Below are positions 14,325 through 23,797 of a stretch of 42,918 nt of DNA, in pieces. The position numbers and the translations under genes were made by a program. Position 1 is the stretch's first letter; each line of letters begins with the position of its first letter. The stretch lies in the IMG/VR virus record IMGVR_UViG_3300034069_000749, positions 1 through 42,918 of that record. One strand, given 5' to 3'. Source of the DNA: a virus. Below the pieces are notes generated by a model. It did no database searches, was not told where the DNA came from, and was given only the letters and a program-made list of their open reading frames with translations.

Positions 14325-15560
14325 ATGGCGACCGTCACGGTCAACATCGCCGGCGAAACAACCACCGCCACCTACGGCGCGGCAAGCCAGACGACCCGGC
14401 CCGTGCTTCCCGAAATCACCTGGGCATCACTCAACCCCCAGCCCGGGGAAAGCATCGACACCGTGCTTGCCCGCATGACCAGCAACGCTGTCGTCGTGTT
14501 CCCCCCCGGCGACTTCAGCTTCGGCGGCAACGCACACTCCGGCTACTCGATCCTGTCCAAAAAAGCTCAAGGGGCCCGCGGCACACTCGACGCAGACGGC
14601 AAGAAACTCACACGGTGGGTACAAACACCCAACTCGTTCAAAACCGGGCCCATGCCGCCCGCAAACGCAGGAACCGCCGTCAGGCTCGGGTCCAACGAGC
14701 TACAGTCGGGGCCGCAAACACCCACCCTCGTCGCCGACCTCATCATCGTCGGAGCCGAACAAGTACTCAACGGCACCCCACTCAACCGGGCCGGCCTCAT
14801 CGTCTACGGCGGCGAAAAACCCATGCTCGACAACGTCGACTTCCTCGGCGTCTCCCGCGGCTCCGGCAACAACCCCGCAACCGGCGAAACCATCAGCGTC
14901 AACCTCCTCCGCGCCAACAACGTCACCGTCCGCGGCATCCTCTCAGACGGACGCGACACCGCAACCGGCAAACGAGTCGCTGGATCCGCCATCAGTATCA
15001 ACGCCTGCACCAACGTCGTCGTCGAAAACAGCACCTTCCAATACTCGCTCGTATCCGGCGTCACCAACTCCTCCGCTGGCTCAGGCGCTATTTACGCCAA
15101 CAGCTCTCGGAACATCACTTACAGGAACAACACCATCGCCCACAACGCCAACGTCGTCATGGCATCCGGGCAACGGTTCTCTGGCATCAACGGCGAAAAC
15201 TGGCTCGGCGACAACCTCATCGAAGGCAACACCATCACCGTCGACTGGGGCGAATGGAACGCCGCCCACTTCACCGTCGCCTCCAACATCACCGAAGGCG
15301 CACAAGCCACCTTCACCTACCGCAACAACACCGTCAACGACGTCGGCTACCAAGGCCGCAACAAAGGCGCACTGGTCATCAACCTGCCCTGGAACTACGC
15401 AGGCGTCCCCAACACCATCCAGCCCGCCAATCTCACCGTCATCGAAAACGGTGTCACCAAAACGGCGCGACTACTGCAATCCACACCACCCGCCGGATGG
15501 AATATCGACCCGTCCCGCGAATACATCCTCCTGCGCGAAGGCGCAAAACCGACCACGTAG
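14325..15560 (+). CDS. Right-handed parallel beta-helix protein (pectate-lyase fold; putative polysaccharide depolymerase or tailspike-like)
   Basis: Repeated coil signatures NVTVRGIL, NVVVENSTF, NITYRNNTI, NLIEGNTI and FTYRNNTV. Confidence 0.7.
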   Translation: MATVTVNIAGETTTATYGAASQTTRPVLPEITWASLNPQPGESIDTVLARMTSNAVVVFPPGDFSFGGNAHSGYSILSKKAQGARGTLDADGKKLTRWVQTPNSFKTGPMPPANAGTAVRLGSNELQSGPQTPTLVADLIIVGAEQVLNGTPLNRAGLIVYGGEKPMLDNVDFLGVSRGSGNNPATGETISVNLLRANNVTVRGILSDGRDTATGKRVAGSAISINACTNVVVENSTFQYSLVSGVTNSSAGSGAIYANSSRNITYRNNTIAHNANVVMASGQRFSGINGENWLGDNLIEGNTITVDWGEWNAAHFTVASNITEGAQATFTYRNNTVNDVGYQGRNKGALVINLPWNYAGVPNTIQPANLTVIENGVTKTARLLQSTPPAGWNIDPSREYILLREGAKPTT

Positions 15561-15568
15561 GAGACGTC

Positions 15569-16153
15569 ATGGCGCTTTGGCCCTCAGACGTCCAAATCTG
15601 CAACCTGATCATCGACGACGGCCTCTCCTCGACCGGCATCGAAACGACCACGTTCGTCACCGTCAAACTGGTCCTCCAAGGAACCAGCCGGCTCGTCTGG
15701 TCAGATGGCACCGAATTCCTTCCACTCCCCGACAAGCTCCGCAACCCCGACGTCATCCCCGTCCCCGTCACCGACCAGACATGGCGTGACGGCGGCGGAA
15801 ACACGTACACCGGGTTCGCGTACGACGTCACAGTGGAGCGTTACAGGGCCACCGCATCAACTGCCTACACAGTGCGAGTGCAGCCCACCAGCACCGACCT
15901 CACACTGACCATCAGTGAACAGTTCGACGGGTCAGTCGGCGAACCCATCATCATCCCCACTGTGCACGTAGGAACCACCTACACGATCGCCAACCAGTCA
16001 TCGGTCGCGATCACCCACGGCCTCGGACGCAGACCGCTGCCGGTCTTCTACGACACCAACGGTGCACCCTTCGACACCGACTACACAGCAACCACCACAA
16101 GCTTCACAGCCACGTTCCCCACCCCAATCAGCGGGTCAGTCGTTCTCATCTAG
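15569..16153 (+). CDS. Hypothetical protein with an ITHGLG-type C-terminal domain (tail-fibre associated)
   Basis: ATG 15569 after GGAGAC. The C-terminus SVAITHGLGRRPLPVFYD...TATF resembles the C-terminus of the next gene. Confidence 0.65.
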   Translation: MALWPSDVQICNLIIDDGLSSTGIETTTFVTVKLVLQGTSRLVWSDGTEFLPLPDKLRNPDVIPVPVTDQTWRDGGGNTYTGFAYDVTVERYRATASTAYTVRVQPTSTDLTLTISEQFDGSVGEPIIIPTVHVGTTYTIANQSSVAITHGLGRRPLPVFYDTNGAPFDTDYTATTTSFTATFPTPISGSVVLI

Positions 16154-16161
16154 GAGCCACC

Positions 16162-16914
16162 ATGTCCCGCAAATTCCTGCTTGGCCTCGACGTCAACAAC
16201 CAGCGAATCGTCAACCTCGCATCGCCGTCCGCGTCGACCGACGCCGCCAACCGTCAGTACGTTGACGACAAAGTCAACGGGCTGTCCTGGAAAGACGAAG
16301 TCCGCGCCGCGACCACCACCAACGGGGCGCTCACAACCGCCTACGCCGCCGGGCAGGTCATCGACGGTGTCACCCTCGCAACTGGCGACCGGATCCTCGT
16401 CAAAGACCAGACGACACAGACCGAAAATGGCATCTACGTCGTCGCCTCGAGCGGTGCACCCACACGCGCCACCGACGCCGATGCAACGACCGACCTCAAC
16501 AACGCCACCGTCAAGGTCACGTCCGGGACCACCAACGCCAACGCCACCTACACGCAGACCACCCAGAACCCCACCGTGGGTAGCTCGGCACTCGTATTTG
16601 TCGCAGCAGCCGGCGGAACCACCTACACCGCAGGCACCGGCCTAACCCTCACCGGCAGCACATTCGCCGTCGACCCCACCTCCAGCGGCCTCGCCAAACG
16701 GTACGCAACCAACGTGCCCACCACCGGCACCACAGTCACCATCACCCACAGCCTCGGCACCACCGACATCACGGTCGCCGTGTACGACACCAGCACGGCC
16801 AACAGCTTCGTCCTCGTCGAAGCCGACGTCATCGTCACCGGAGTCAACACACTCACACTCGGGTTCGCAACCACACCCACCACCGGCCAGTACCGCTGCG
16901 TCATCACCGCGTAA
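16162..16914 (+). CDS. Tail-fibre-like protein
   Basis: AGGAG RBS. The N-terminus LGLDVNNQRIVNLASPSASTDAANRQYVDDKV is the widespread phage tail-fibre N-terminal motif. Gly/Thr-rich fibre region. Confidence 0.7.
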   Translation: MSRKFLLGLDVNNQRIVNLASPSASTDAANRQYVDDKVNGLSWKDEVRAATTTNGALTTAYAAGQVIDGVTLATGDRILVKDQTTQTENGIYVVASSGAPTRATDADATTDLNNATVKVTSGTTNANATYTQTTQNPTVGSSALVFVAAAGGTTYTAGTGLTLTGSTFAVDPTSSGLAKRYATNVPTTGTTVTITHSLGTTDITVAVYDTSTANSFVLVEADVIVTGVNTLTLGFATTPTTGQYRCVITA

Positions 16915-16924
16915 GGGGCAACAC

Positions 16925-18892
16925 ATGTCAGTCCCGCGCCGCGGCACACAAAACACCGTCTACGGAGACTCCGCACCCCGAGCACTCCGCGACTACCTTG
17001 TGCTCCGCGCGGTGACCCCGTGCCGCTTCGTCATCCTCGGCTCATCAACCCCCGCCGGGTCCACCGCCACCACCGTCGCAAACCGTGTCGTCAACCGGCT
17101 CCTCGTCGCAATCCAGTCCGCATACCCTGCACCATCCGGGACAACCGAGCAGACCATCGGAACACTCGACACCACCCCGTCAACCGCAGGTGGCATCCAG
17201 TTCTACAACGGGGCAGTGTCAGGCAACACGTCAAGCAACTACGCCGACAGCACCACCATCACCAAAACCGTCGCAATCGCCCCCCGGGTCATCATTCACT
17301 GGGTTGGCTCCAACGACTACGCAGCCAACGTCGCCCCGGCCACCTACAAGGCGAACCTGAAGTCCGTCATCGACTCCATCGACGCGCAACTCACAGCACC
17401 CCACATCCACGTCCTCATCCAAGGACACGAACGCTTTGACGTCACCGGGCGCACCTACACCTGGGCTCAGTACGGACGGGCACAAGACGAACTCGCTGCC
17501 ACCCAGACCCTCGGCAACGTGTTCAACGTCGACATCTCAAGCTACTTCTACCCGCTCGGCGTCGCACCCTCCACCCAGTACGGCACCGACACCCTCGGCC
17601 TCATGAACGCCGACAAAATCCACATGCTCGACGCCGGCCACGCACTCATGGCCGAAGCGATCGCACGCCAGCTCGGCATCATCAACACGCCCCAGGCCGC
17701 CCTTGTCCTCGCCGACACGACCCCGCCGACCGTCCCTGGCACACCCACCGCTACCGCCGGCACCACGTCAGCATCGCTCACCTGGGCAGCCTCCACAGAC
17801 GCCAACGCGCCTATCACCTACCTTGTGTACTCGTCCGCTGACGGCTACACCAACGCCATCGGAACGACCCAGGCGACCAACTACACCGCCACGTCGCTCC
17901 CGGCCGGCACAGCAGTGTCATTCAAGGTCGCCGCCCGAGACCCCTCCAACAACACGTCCGCGCAGTCCGCTGCGTCCAACGCAGTCACCCCGACCGCGTC
18001 GACTGGCGCAGACACCACACCCCCTGGTGTCTCCACCCTGAGCGCGAAGCCGAAGCCAGCCAGCGCGCTGCTCACATGGTCTGCGGCCACCGACGACGTC
18101 GCAGTGACGAACTACCGGATCTTCCGAGACGGCACAGCAGTCACCACCGTGGGAAACGTGCTCACCTACGCGGACAGCGCCCTGACCAACGGCACCCGGT
18201 ACAGCTACACCATCGCCGCAATGGACGCCGCCGGCAACATCGGTATCCAATCAGCCGCAGCCCTCGTCGTCCCCGGCCAGATCGTCGACAACTTCGACCG
18301 CACTTCCAGCGCACTCTCCGGGCAGACAGCAGAGACAGGCGAAACCTGGCTCGCACCAATCAGCCACACCCTCGACATCCTGCCCACCGGACTCGTCAAA
18401 CGGAACTACGCCACCGACGCATCCGCCACCACAGGCCGCGCACTCAATATCGTCACCGCACCTCTCTCCGCATCCGGCGGATTCAAATACGCCATCAAGC
18501 TCGGAGCAGCACCCACCGCAGCAGGAGTCGCATCCGGTGGCCCCGCATTCGAATCCACCGCAGACGGATCCAACTTCTACTACCTCGGACTCCGCGCATC
18601 CACCTCAAGCATGGTCTACGCCTTCTTCCAAATCCCCACCCTCGGAGGCGGCGCATCAACCCGAGGCGCATCCGGCGTATCCACCATCACCCCACAAACA
18701 GGCGACCTCATCGAGATCGTCCGCACCACAGCCAACCCCACCGCCGTATCCCTCTACGTCAACGGGGCATTCGTACTCACCACCGGCACCACCTTCGCCA
18801 CACCCTCATCGTCCAACGCCTACATCGGCATGTACGAAAACGGTGACGCCGTCTTCGAATACGACTCCATCAGCTTCACCCAAATCCCCTAA
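16925..18892 (+). CDS. SGNH/GDSL-type esterase fused to two FN3-like domains and a C-terminal lectin/LamG-like domain
   Basis: Blocks VILGSST, NGAVSG, HWVGSNDY and DKIHMLDAGH. FN3-like SASLTWAAS..ITYLVYSS and ALLTWSAATDDVAVTNYRIFRDG. Confidence 0.7.
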   Translation: MSVPRRGTQNTVYGDSAPRALRDYLVLRAVTPCRFVILGSSTPAGSTATTVANRVVNRLLVAIQSAYPAPSGTTEQTIGTLDTTPSTAGGIQFYNGAVSGNTSSNYADSTTITKTVAIAPRVIIHWVGSNDYAANVAPATYKANLKSVIDSIDAQLTAPHIHVLIQGHERFDVTGRTYTWAQYGRAQDELAATQTLGNVFNVDISSYFYPLGVAPSTQYGTDTLGLMNADKIHMLDAGHALMAEAIARQLGIINTPQAALVLADTTPPTVPGTPTATAGTTSASLTWAASTDANAPITYLVYSSADGYTNAIGTTQATNYTATSLPAGTAVSFKVAARDPSNNTSAQSAASNAVTPTASTGADTTPPGVSTLSAKPKPASALLTWSAATDDVAVTNYRIFRDGTAVTTVGNVLTYADSALTNGTRYSYTIAAMDAAGNIGIQSAAALVVPGQIVDNFDRTSSALSGQTAETGETWLAPISHTLDILPTGLVKRNYATDASATTGRALNIVTAPLSASGGFKYAIKLGAAPTAAGVASGGPAFESTADGSNFYYLGLRASTSSMVYAFFQIPTLGGGASTRGASGVSTITPQTGDLIEIVRTTANPTAVSLYVNGAFVLTTGTTFATPSSSNAYIGMYENGDAVFEYDSISFTQIP

Positions 18893-18906
18893 CCCCGGAG
18901 CAACCC

Positions 18907-19029
18907 ATGTTCGCAGGCATCATCAGCCGCGACCACGGATGCCCCTGGCCCGACACCGGCATGAGACCAATCGGATACGACGGGCACGGTGCACCGCTCT
19001 ACGAATGGCAGGTAGATCGTGAGCAATAA
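18907..19029 (+). CDS. Possible 40-aa ORF (not in the ORF track)
   Basis: ATG 18907 lies 6 nt after GGAG. High third-position GC. Overlaps the HNH start by 11 nt. Confidence 0.3.
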   Translation: MFAGIISRDHGCPWPDTGMRPIGYDGHGAPLYEWQVDREQ

Positions 19030-19291
19030 AGGCAGAGGCAGCGCACAAGACAAGCGTGACCGTGCTCGCATCCGTGCAACCGGAGCTGCATGCCACATCT
19101 GCGGCCAACCCATCGACTACACGCTCGGCTACCTCGACCCAATGTCATTCGTCGTCGATCACATCGAAGCCTTAGCACGCGGAGGGGCCGACCACATCAG
19201 CAACAAAGCAGCCGCACACCGCACATGCAACAGCACCAAGAGGGCTCGCGCCTATGCCCCCACCATCAGGCGTTCCGGCGCACTCAAATAG
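19019..19291 (+). CDS. HNH endonuclease associated with terminase/cos packaging
   Basis: CHICGQPID...VDHIEALARGGADHISNKAAAHRTCNSTK, immediately upstream of the terminase genes. Confidence 0.85.
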   Translation: MSNKGRGSAQDKRDRARIRATGAACHICGQPIDYTLGYLDPMSFVVDHIEALARGGADHISNKAAAHRTCNSTKRARAYAPTIRRSGALK

Positions 19292-19433
19292 CCGCCATAT
19301 ACCGCATCCAAATCAATCGATTGAGTTAGCTTCTGGTTGTAGACCAGGGCCAGGTCCCCCCAAACCGCCTCTGAAAATCCCTCCGGGGATAGAGACGATC
19401 CCCCTCCGTTCATTTTTCCACAAGGTGGTGACC
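19292..19433. other. Candidate cos/packaging-initiation region
   Basis: Non-coding gap between HNH and TerS. 12-bp perfect palindrome tcaatcgattga (19313-24). Hairpin ggggat-agagacg-atcccc (19385-19403). Direct repeat ccctccg twice. Confidence 0.4.
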
Positions 19434-19742
19434 ATGTCTGTTACTCGAAATGGAAATATCAGAGCGGTCACGGATGCTGATATTCCGGTCAAGCCGCCTC
19501 GGGCGCTCTCCGTTCTGGAGGCAGCGGAGGGTGGTTCGCAGAGGGAGCTCCTTGCCTCGCTTCGGACTCGTGTTGCTGAGGCTGTGCAGGATGCAAACTG
19601 CCCGCCCCGTGACCTTGCTGCTCTGTCGCGCCGGCTGCAGGAGCTGAGCAAGGAAATCGCGGCTATCGATTTGCGTGAGGCGCAGGAGGCAGGCGGTTAT
19701 GCCGAAGTCGGCGATGGGGAGTTCGACGCCGCGGCTATCTGA
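19434..19742 (+). CDS. terS: Terminase small subunit
   Basis: Position directly upstream of TerL. LSVLEAAEGGSQRELLASL...PRDLAALSRRLQELSKEI is a pattern typical of actinophage TerS. Confidence 0.7.
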   Translation: MSVTRNGNIRAVTDADIPVKPPRALSVLEAAEGGSQRELLASLRTRVAEAVQDANCPPRDLAALSRRLQELSKEIAAIDLREAQEAGGYAEVGDGEFDAAAI

Positions 19743-21177
19743 GGCTGCACGGCACGTGAATATCCCGAAAGGGATTGTGACGACGGCTTGGCCCCGCGTC
19801 GTTGCTCAGTGCGAGAAAATGGGTGTCACTTTCGATTCGTGGCAGCATGGAATCGGCTCTATCTCCCTCGGGAAGCGCAAGGACGGCAAGTACGCGGCCA
19901 CGGTAGGTGGTGTCGTCCTTTCGATCCCCCGACAGGTCGGCAAAACGTTCATCGTCGGCATGATCGTGATCGCTCTGTGCATCATTCACCCTGGGCTGAC
20001 GGTTTTGTGGAGTGCCCACCGCACCCGTACCGCTTCTAAGACTTTCGGGTCGCTCAAGGGCATGACTTCGAAGAAAAAGATCAAGCCGTACATGCTTGAC
20101 CCACGGAACACGAATGGTGAGCAGGAAATCCGCTTCCGTAACGGTTCGATCATCATGTTCGGAGCTCGGGAGCAGGGCTTTGGTCGTGGTTTCGACGAGG
20201 TCGACATAGAGGTGTTCGATGAGGCGCAGATTCTCACCGAGAAGGCGCTCGAGGACATGGTTGCTGCGACTAACCAGTCGCGGCAAGAAGCTGGTGCGCT
20301 TCTGTTCTTCATGGGCACGCCACCGCGCCCAACTGACCCTGGCGAAGAATTCACGAACCGGCGCAAGAAAGCGCTGGACGGTACTGCGCCGAACATGGTC
20401 TATGTCGAGTTCTCTGCCGACGAGGATGCTGACCCGGATGATCGCAAGCAGTGGTCGAAAGCAAACCCGTCCTTCCCATCCCGGACTCCTGTGGAGTCAA
20501 TGGAGCGGATGCGGGAGAACCTCACGGACGAGGATTCTTTCAAGCGGGAGGCGCTTGGGATTTGGGACGCGGTTACTTCTAGTCGCGTTATTGATGAGGT
20601 CACGTGGAAACGGCAGGCCGATCCTGCGTCCATGCCAATCGAGCGGCTTACGTTGTCGCTCGAGGTGCCACCGGGACGTAAGTGGGCTGCTGTAGGCCTT
20701 GCCGGTAAGCGTGCTGATGGTCGTTGGCATGTGGAGTTGGACGAAATGCGCAACGGGGTTGACTGGATTATCGGTTACGCGGTGGATAAGGCTGCGAAGA
20801 ACCGGTTGCACGCGATCGTGGCTGACGAGATGTCCGGTCTGGTCGAGAAGCGCGGGGATAGGCACTTCCTGATCGGGACCGACCTGCTCGTGACGCTCGC
20901 GGCGGCTGAGGGGCGGGATATGGCTATCGCTTGCGCGAAGTTCTACGACGGTATTTATGACCGGACCGTTTCGCATACTGACCAGCAACAGACCAACGTC
21001 GCTTTGTCTCTTGCCACAAAACGGCCACTGTCTGGTGGCTGGGCGTGGAACCGCAAGGACGCCACCTCGAATATCTCCCCGATTGTGGCGGAAACCCTTG
21101 CTCTTTGGGGCGCTCAGAATGACAACGTAATCCGTCCGTCGAGGCGGACTGGATCTAGGACGGCGGTGATTCTTTGA
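19699..21177 (+). CDS. terL: Terminase large subunit
   Basis: Walker A-like SIPRQVGKTF, then VDIEVFDEAQ (Walker B), then a nuclease domain. ATG 19699 lies 9 nt after AGGAGG; the start is uncertain by up to 20 codons. Confidence 0.9.
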   Translation: MPKSAMGSSTPRLSEAARHVNIPKGIVTTAWPRVVAQCEKMGVTFDSWQHGIGSISLGKRKDGKYAATVGGVVLSIPRQVGKTFIVGMIVIALCIIHPGLTVLWSAHRTRTASKTFGSLKGMTSKKKIKPYMLDPRNTNGEQEIRFRNGSIIMFGAREQGFGRGFDEVDIEVFDEAQILTEKALEDMVAATNQSRQEAGALLFFMGTPPRPTDPGEEFTNRRKKALDGTAPNMVYVEFSADEDADPDDRKQWSKANPSFPSRTPVESMERMRENLTDEDSFKREALGIWDAVTSSRVIDEVTWKRQADPASMPIERLTLSLEVPPGRKWAAVGLAGKRADGRWHVELDEMRNGVDWIIGYAVDKAAKNRLHAIVADEMSGLVEKRGDRHFLIGTDLLVTLAAAEGRDMAIACAKFYDGIYDRTVSHTDQQQTNVALSLATKRPLSGGWAWNRKDATSNISPIVAETLALWGAQNDNVIRPSRRTGSRTAVIL

Positions 21178-22595
21178 GCGACAAGCTGACCCTCAAACAG
21201 TTGTCTGACGACGAGAACGCTGTGCTGAACCACCTGATTGAGCAGTTGGATGCGAAGACTCCGCGAAATCTGCTCCGTTCTTCGTATTACGACGGCCGGC
21301 GTGCAGTCCGGCAGATCGGGACTGTCATCCCTCCGCAGTACGCCAGCTTGGGGCTCGCTCTTGGGTGGACGGCTAAGGGTGTCGATGGGCTTGCGCGTCG
21401 CTGCAACCTTGAGAAGATGGTTTGGCCTACGGGCGATCTTGATTCTTTAGGGATGCAGGAGCTCGCAGAGGACAACTTGCTTTTTTCGGAGACGAACCAG
21501 GGCGAGACCGATTCGCTCCTGCACGGTGTCTCTTACCTGATCACCACCGCTGGTTCTGCCGGTGAGCCGAAGGCGTTGATCCACTCGAAGGACGCCCTGA
21601 ACGCCACTGGCGACTGGAATGTGCGTACCCGCAAGCTTGACAACCTGCTTTCAGTGACAGCTCGTGACGGCAACAAGATCACCGGCTTTGTTCTGTACCT
21701 GTTCAACCTGACGATCAGCGCCGAGAAGGCCGCTGATGGATGGGCTGTGAACAAGCAGCCCCACACTTGGGGTGTTCCCGCTGAGCCGATGGTTTATGGT
21801 CCCCGTTCGTCGCGTCGGATGGGTAAATCGAGGATCACGCGGCCCGCGATGGGTCTGCAAGATGCTGCACTCCGTGCCCTGGTTCGTCTCGAGGCGCACA
21901 TGGACATCTACACGATTCCGAAAATGATTCTGCTGGGTGCCGACGAAACGATCTTCAAGAACGCTGATGGCACCATCAAGGACTCGTGGCAGGTCGCTCT
22001 GGGACGCGCATTTGGTATCCCGGATGACGATGACCCACTGTCACGCAACCCACGCGCTGATGTAAAGCAGTTCGCGGCTGAGTCACCGTCACCGCATCTG
22101 GCTGACCTAAACACGTTGGCAAAGCTGATGGCCCGAGAGACGGACCTTGGGGACGCTGACTTTGCGCTGACGGATATGGCTAACCCGACGAGTGGTGATT
22201 CGTACCTTGCTGGGAGCCAGAACCTGATTTCTGAGGCTGAGACGACGACTGATAACTGGTCGCCGGCTGTTCGTCGCACTGTGGTGCGCGCACTGGCTAT
22301 CCAGAATGGAATGTCCGCTGTGCCGGCTGACTGGTCTGGGATTCAGCCGAAGTGGCGGGACGCTCGGTACATTTCGCGTTCTGCGGCTGCTGATGCCGGT
22401 GCGAAGCAGATTGGTGCTGTGCCGTGGCTTGCGGACACTGAGGTTGGCCTTGAGCTCCTGGGGCTCGACGAGCAGCAGATTAAGCGTGCTCTTGCTGACA
22501 AGCGTAAAGCGGCTGGGCGTGCTGTCCTGGCTGCCCTGACGGCTCCTGCAGCGCCTCCCACGGTCACTCCGGTGCCTGATGCCGTCCCCGCTTGA
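21174..22595 (+). CDS. Portal protein
   Basis: 473 aa directly after TerL (TTGA coupling); SPP1-type actinophage portal N-terminus LRSSYYDGRRAV. Confidence 0.85.
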   Translation: MSDKLTLKQLSDDENAVLNHLIEQLDAKTPRNLLRSSYYDGRRAVRQIGTVIPPQYASLGLALGWTAKGVDGLARRCNLEKMVWPTGDLDSLGMQELAEDNLLFSETNQGETDSLLHGVSYLITTAGSAGEPKALIHSKDALNATGDWNVRTRKLDNLLSVTARDGNKITGFVLYLFNLTISAEKAADGWAVNKQPHTWGVPAEPMVYGPRSSRRMGKSRITRPAMGLQDAALRALVRLEAHMDIYTIPKMILLGADETIFKNADGTIKDSWQVALGRAFGIPDDDDPLSRNPRADVKQFAAESPSPHLADLNTLAKLMARETDLGDADFALTDMANPTSGDSYLAGSQNLISEAETTTDNWSPAVRRTVVRALAIQNGMSAVPADWSGIQPKWRDARYISRSAAADAGAKQIGAVPWLADTEVGLELLGLDEQQIKRALADKRKAAGRAVLAALTAPAAPPTVTPVPDAVPA

Positions 22596-23247
22596 AACTA
22601 GGGCGGCTCTGCTGCTTCTGACGTCGTCCGCTGTGTCCACGGCGCAAAGGTTGTTCGCGAGCACTTCGGGTTCACCCGAGGCGCGGCGGTTGCAGCTTCT
22701 TGACGGCGTACCGGATGTGATCGGGTATTACGCGGAGGGTTCGGCTGCTCTTGCGGCTGATTTCTACGACGATGAGCGAGAACGCGCTGGGGTTGCTCAG
22801 TCGTATGTGACGACCTCGGTGATCAATGACCGTGTTGTAAAGATCCGTCGTGGGATCGCCTGGGCAGCCGAACCTCTGTTCGTGGGTGAGGACGCTGCAA
22901 CTCCTGATCGGCTTGCCGAGATTGTGCAGCTCGAGTCTGCGCGCCCGTTTCGGGACACGATCACTACGAACCGGCAGCAGGATCCTCAGGCCACCGGTTG
23001 GAAACGGGTTACCTCAGGCGGCTGCGCGTTCTGTCGAATGCTGGCCTCCCGTGGTGCCGTCTACAGGGAAGCATCGGTCCATTTTGCCAGCCACCCGAAC
23101 TGCCATTGCACGGCGGCACCGGTATTCCGCACAGGAGAGTCGGGACCAGAAGCTTCGGCGATCCAGTACAAGGCTTCACGCCGCTCAAGAACTCCTGCAC
23201 AGCGTGCCGAACTGCGCCAGTACCTCAAAGACAACTTCGGCGAATAA
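22579..23247 (+). CDS. MuF-like minor capsid / head morphogenesis protein
   Basis: Position after the portal gene. SGGCAFCRMLASRGAVY...HPNCHCT motif. Confidence 0.8.
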   Translation: MPSPLETRAALLLLTSSAVSTAQRLFASTSGSPEARRLQLLDGVPDVIGYYAEGSAALAADFYDDERERAGVAQSYVTTSVINDRVVKIRRGIAWAAEPLFVGEDAATPDRLAEIVQLESARPFRDTITTNRQQDPQATGWKRVTSGGCAFCRMLASRGAVYREASVHFASHPNCHCTAAPVFRTGESGPEASAIQYKASRRSRTPAQRAELRQYLKDNFGE

Positions 23248-23320
23248 CCACAGTCTTCCGTGACCGCGATGGTCAACGGGATCCGCGCGGCGCGATGCCG
23301 CATCCAAGAAAGGCTCTCCG

Positions 23321-23788
23321 ATGTCCGACGTGCCAACCGCCCCCGTCTCTGATGCTCCCGTTACCCCCGAAGCGCCGGTCCCGCCGACCGCAGATGCGCC
23401 GCTGGGCGAACCGGGGCTTGCCGCACTGAAAGCTGAGCGCGAAGCTCACGCCGCCGCAGTCAAGAAGCTCAAAGAGTACGAGGACCGCGACAAGACGGAC
23501 GCTGAGAAGCAGGCCGAAGAAACCGAGACGCTGCGACGTGAGAACGCCGAGCTGAAGTCCGGGGTACTTCGCGCCAATGTGGCTGCCGCCAAAGGCATCC
23601 CTGTGAACCTGCTTTCGGGCAGCACCCAGGAGGAACTTGAGGCGTCAGCGGATGCGCTCATCGCATTTCGGGGATCTCAGACCAGCAATCCGCTGGTCGT
23701 CCCCAAAGAAGGCAACTCGCCTCTGAACCCCGGCGATCCGAACAGAAACTTTGTCGGCAAGCTGTTTGGTTCTGGCGACTCAAACTAA
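23321..23788 (+). CDS. Capsid scaffolding protein
   Basis: Ala/Glu/Lys-rich coiled coil directly upstream of the major capsid gene. Confidence 0.75.
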   Translation: MSDVPTAPVSDAPVTPEAPVPPTADAPLGEPGLAALKAEREAHAAAVKKLKEYEDRDKTDAEKQAEETETLRRENAELKSGVLRANVAAAKGIPVNLLSGSTQEELEASADALIAFRGSQTSNPLVVPKEGNSPLNPGDPNRNFVGKLFGSGDSN

Positions 23789-23797
23789 GGATGAATC

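Noticed and set aside
14615-16153. 512-aa ORF, the longest + strand ORF in this region
   Set aside because: Its translation is a monotonous Arg/His/Pro/Gln-rich string. It lies in an alternative frame of the beta-helix gene (14325-15560), which has clear repeat motifs. Only its last 194 codons (from ATG 15569, with an RBS) look like real protein. This is a typical high-GC off-frame artefact.
18076-18846. 256-aa + strand ORF overlapping the SGNH-FN3 gene
   Set aside because: It is an Arg/His/Pro-rich off-frame translation of 16925-18892, which has recognisable SGNH and FN3 motifs.
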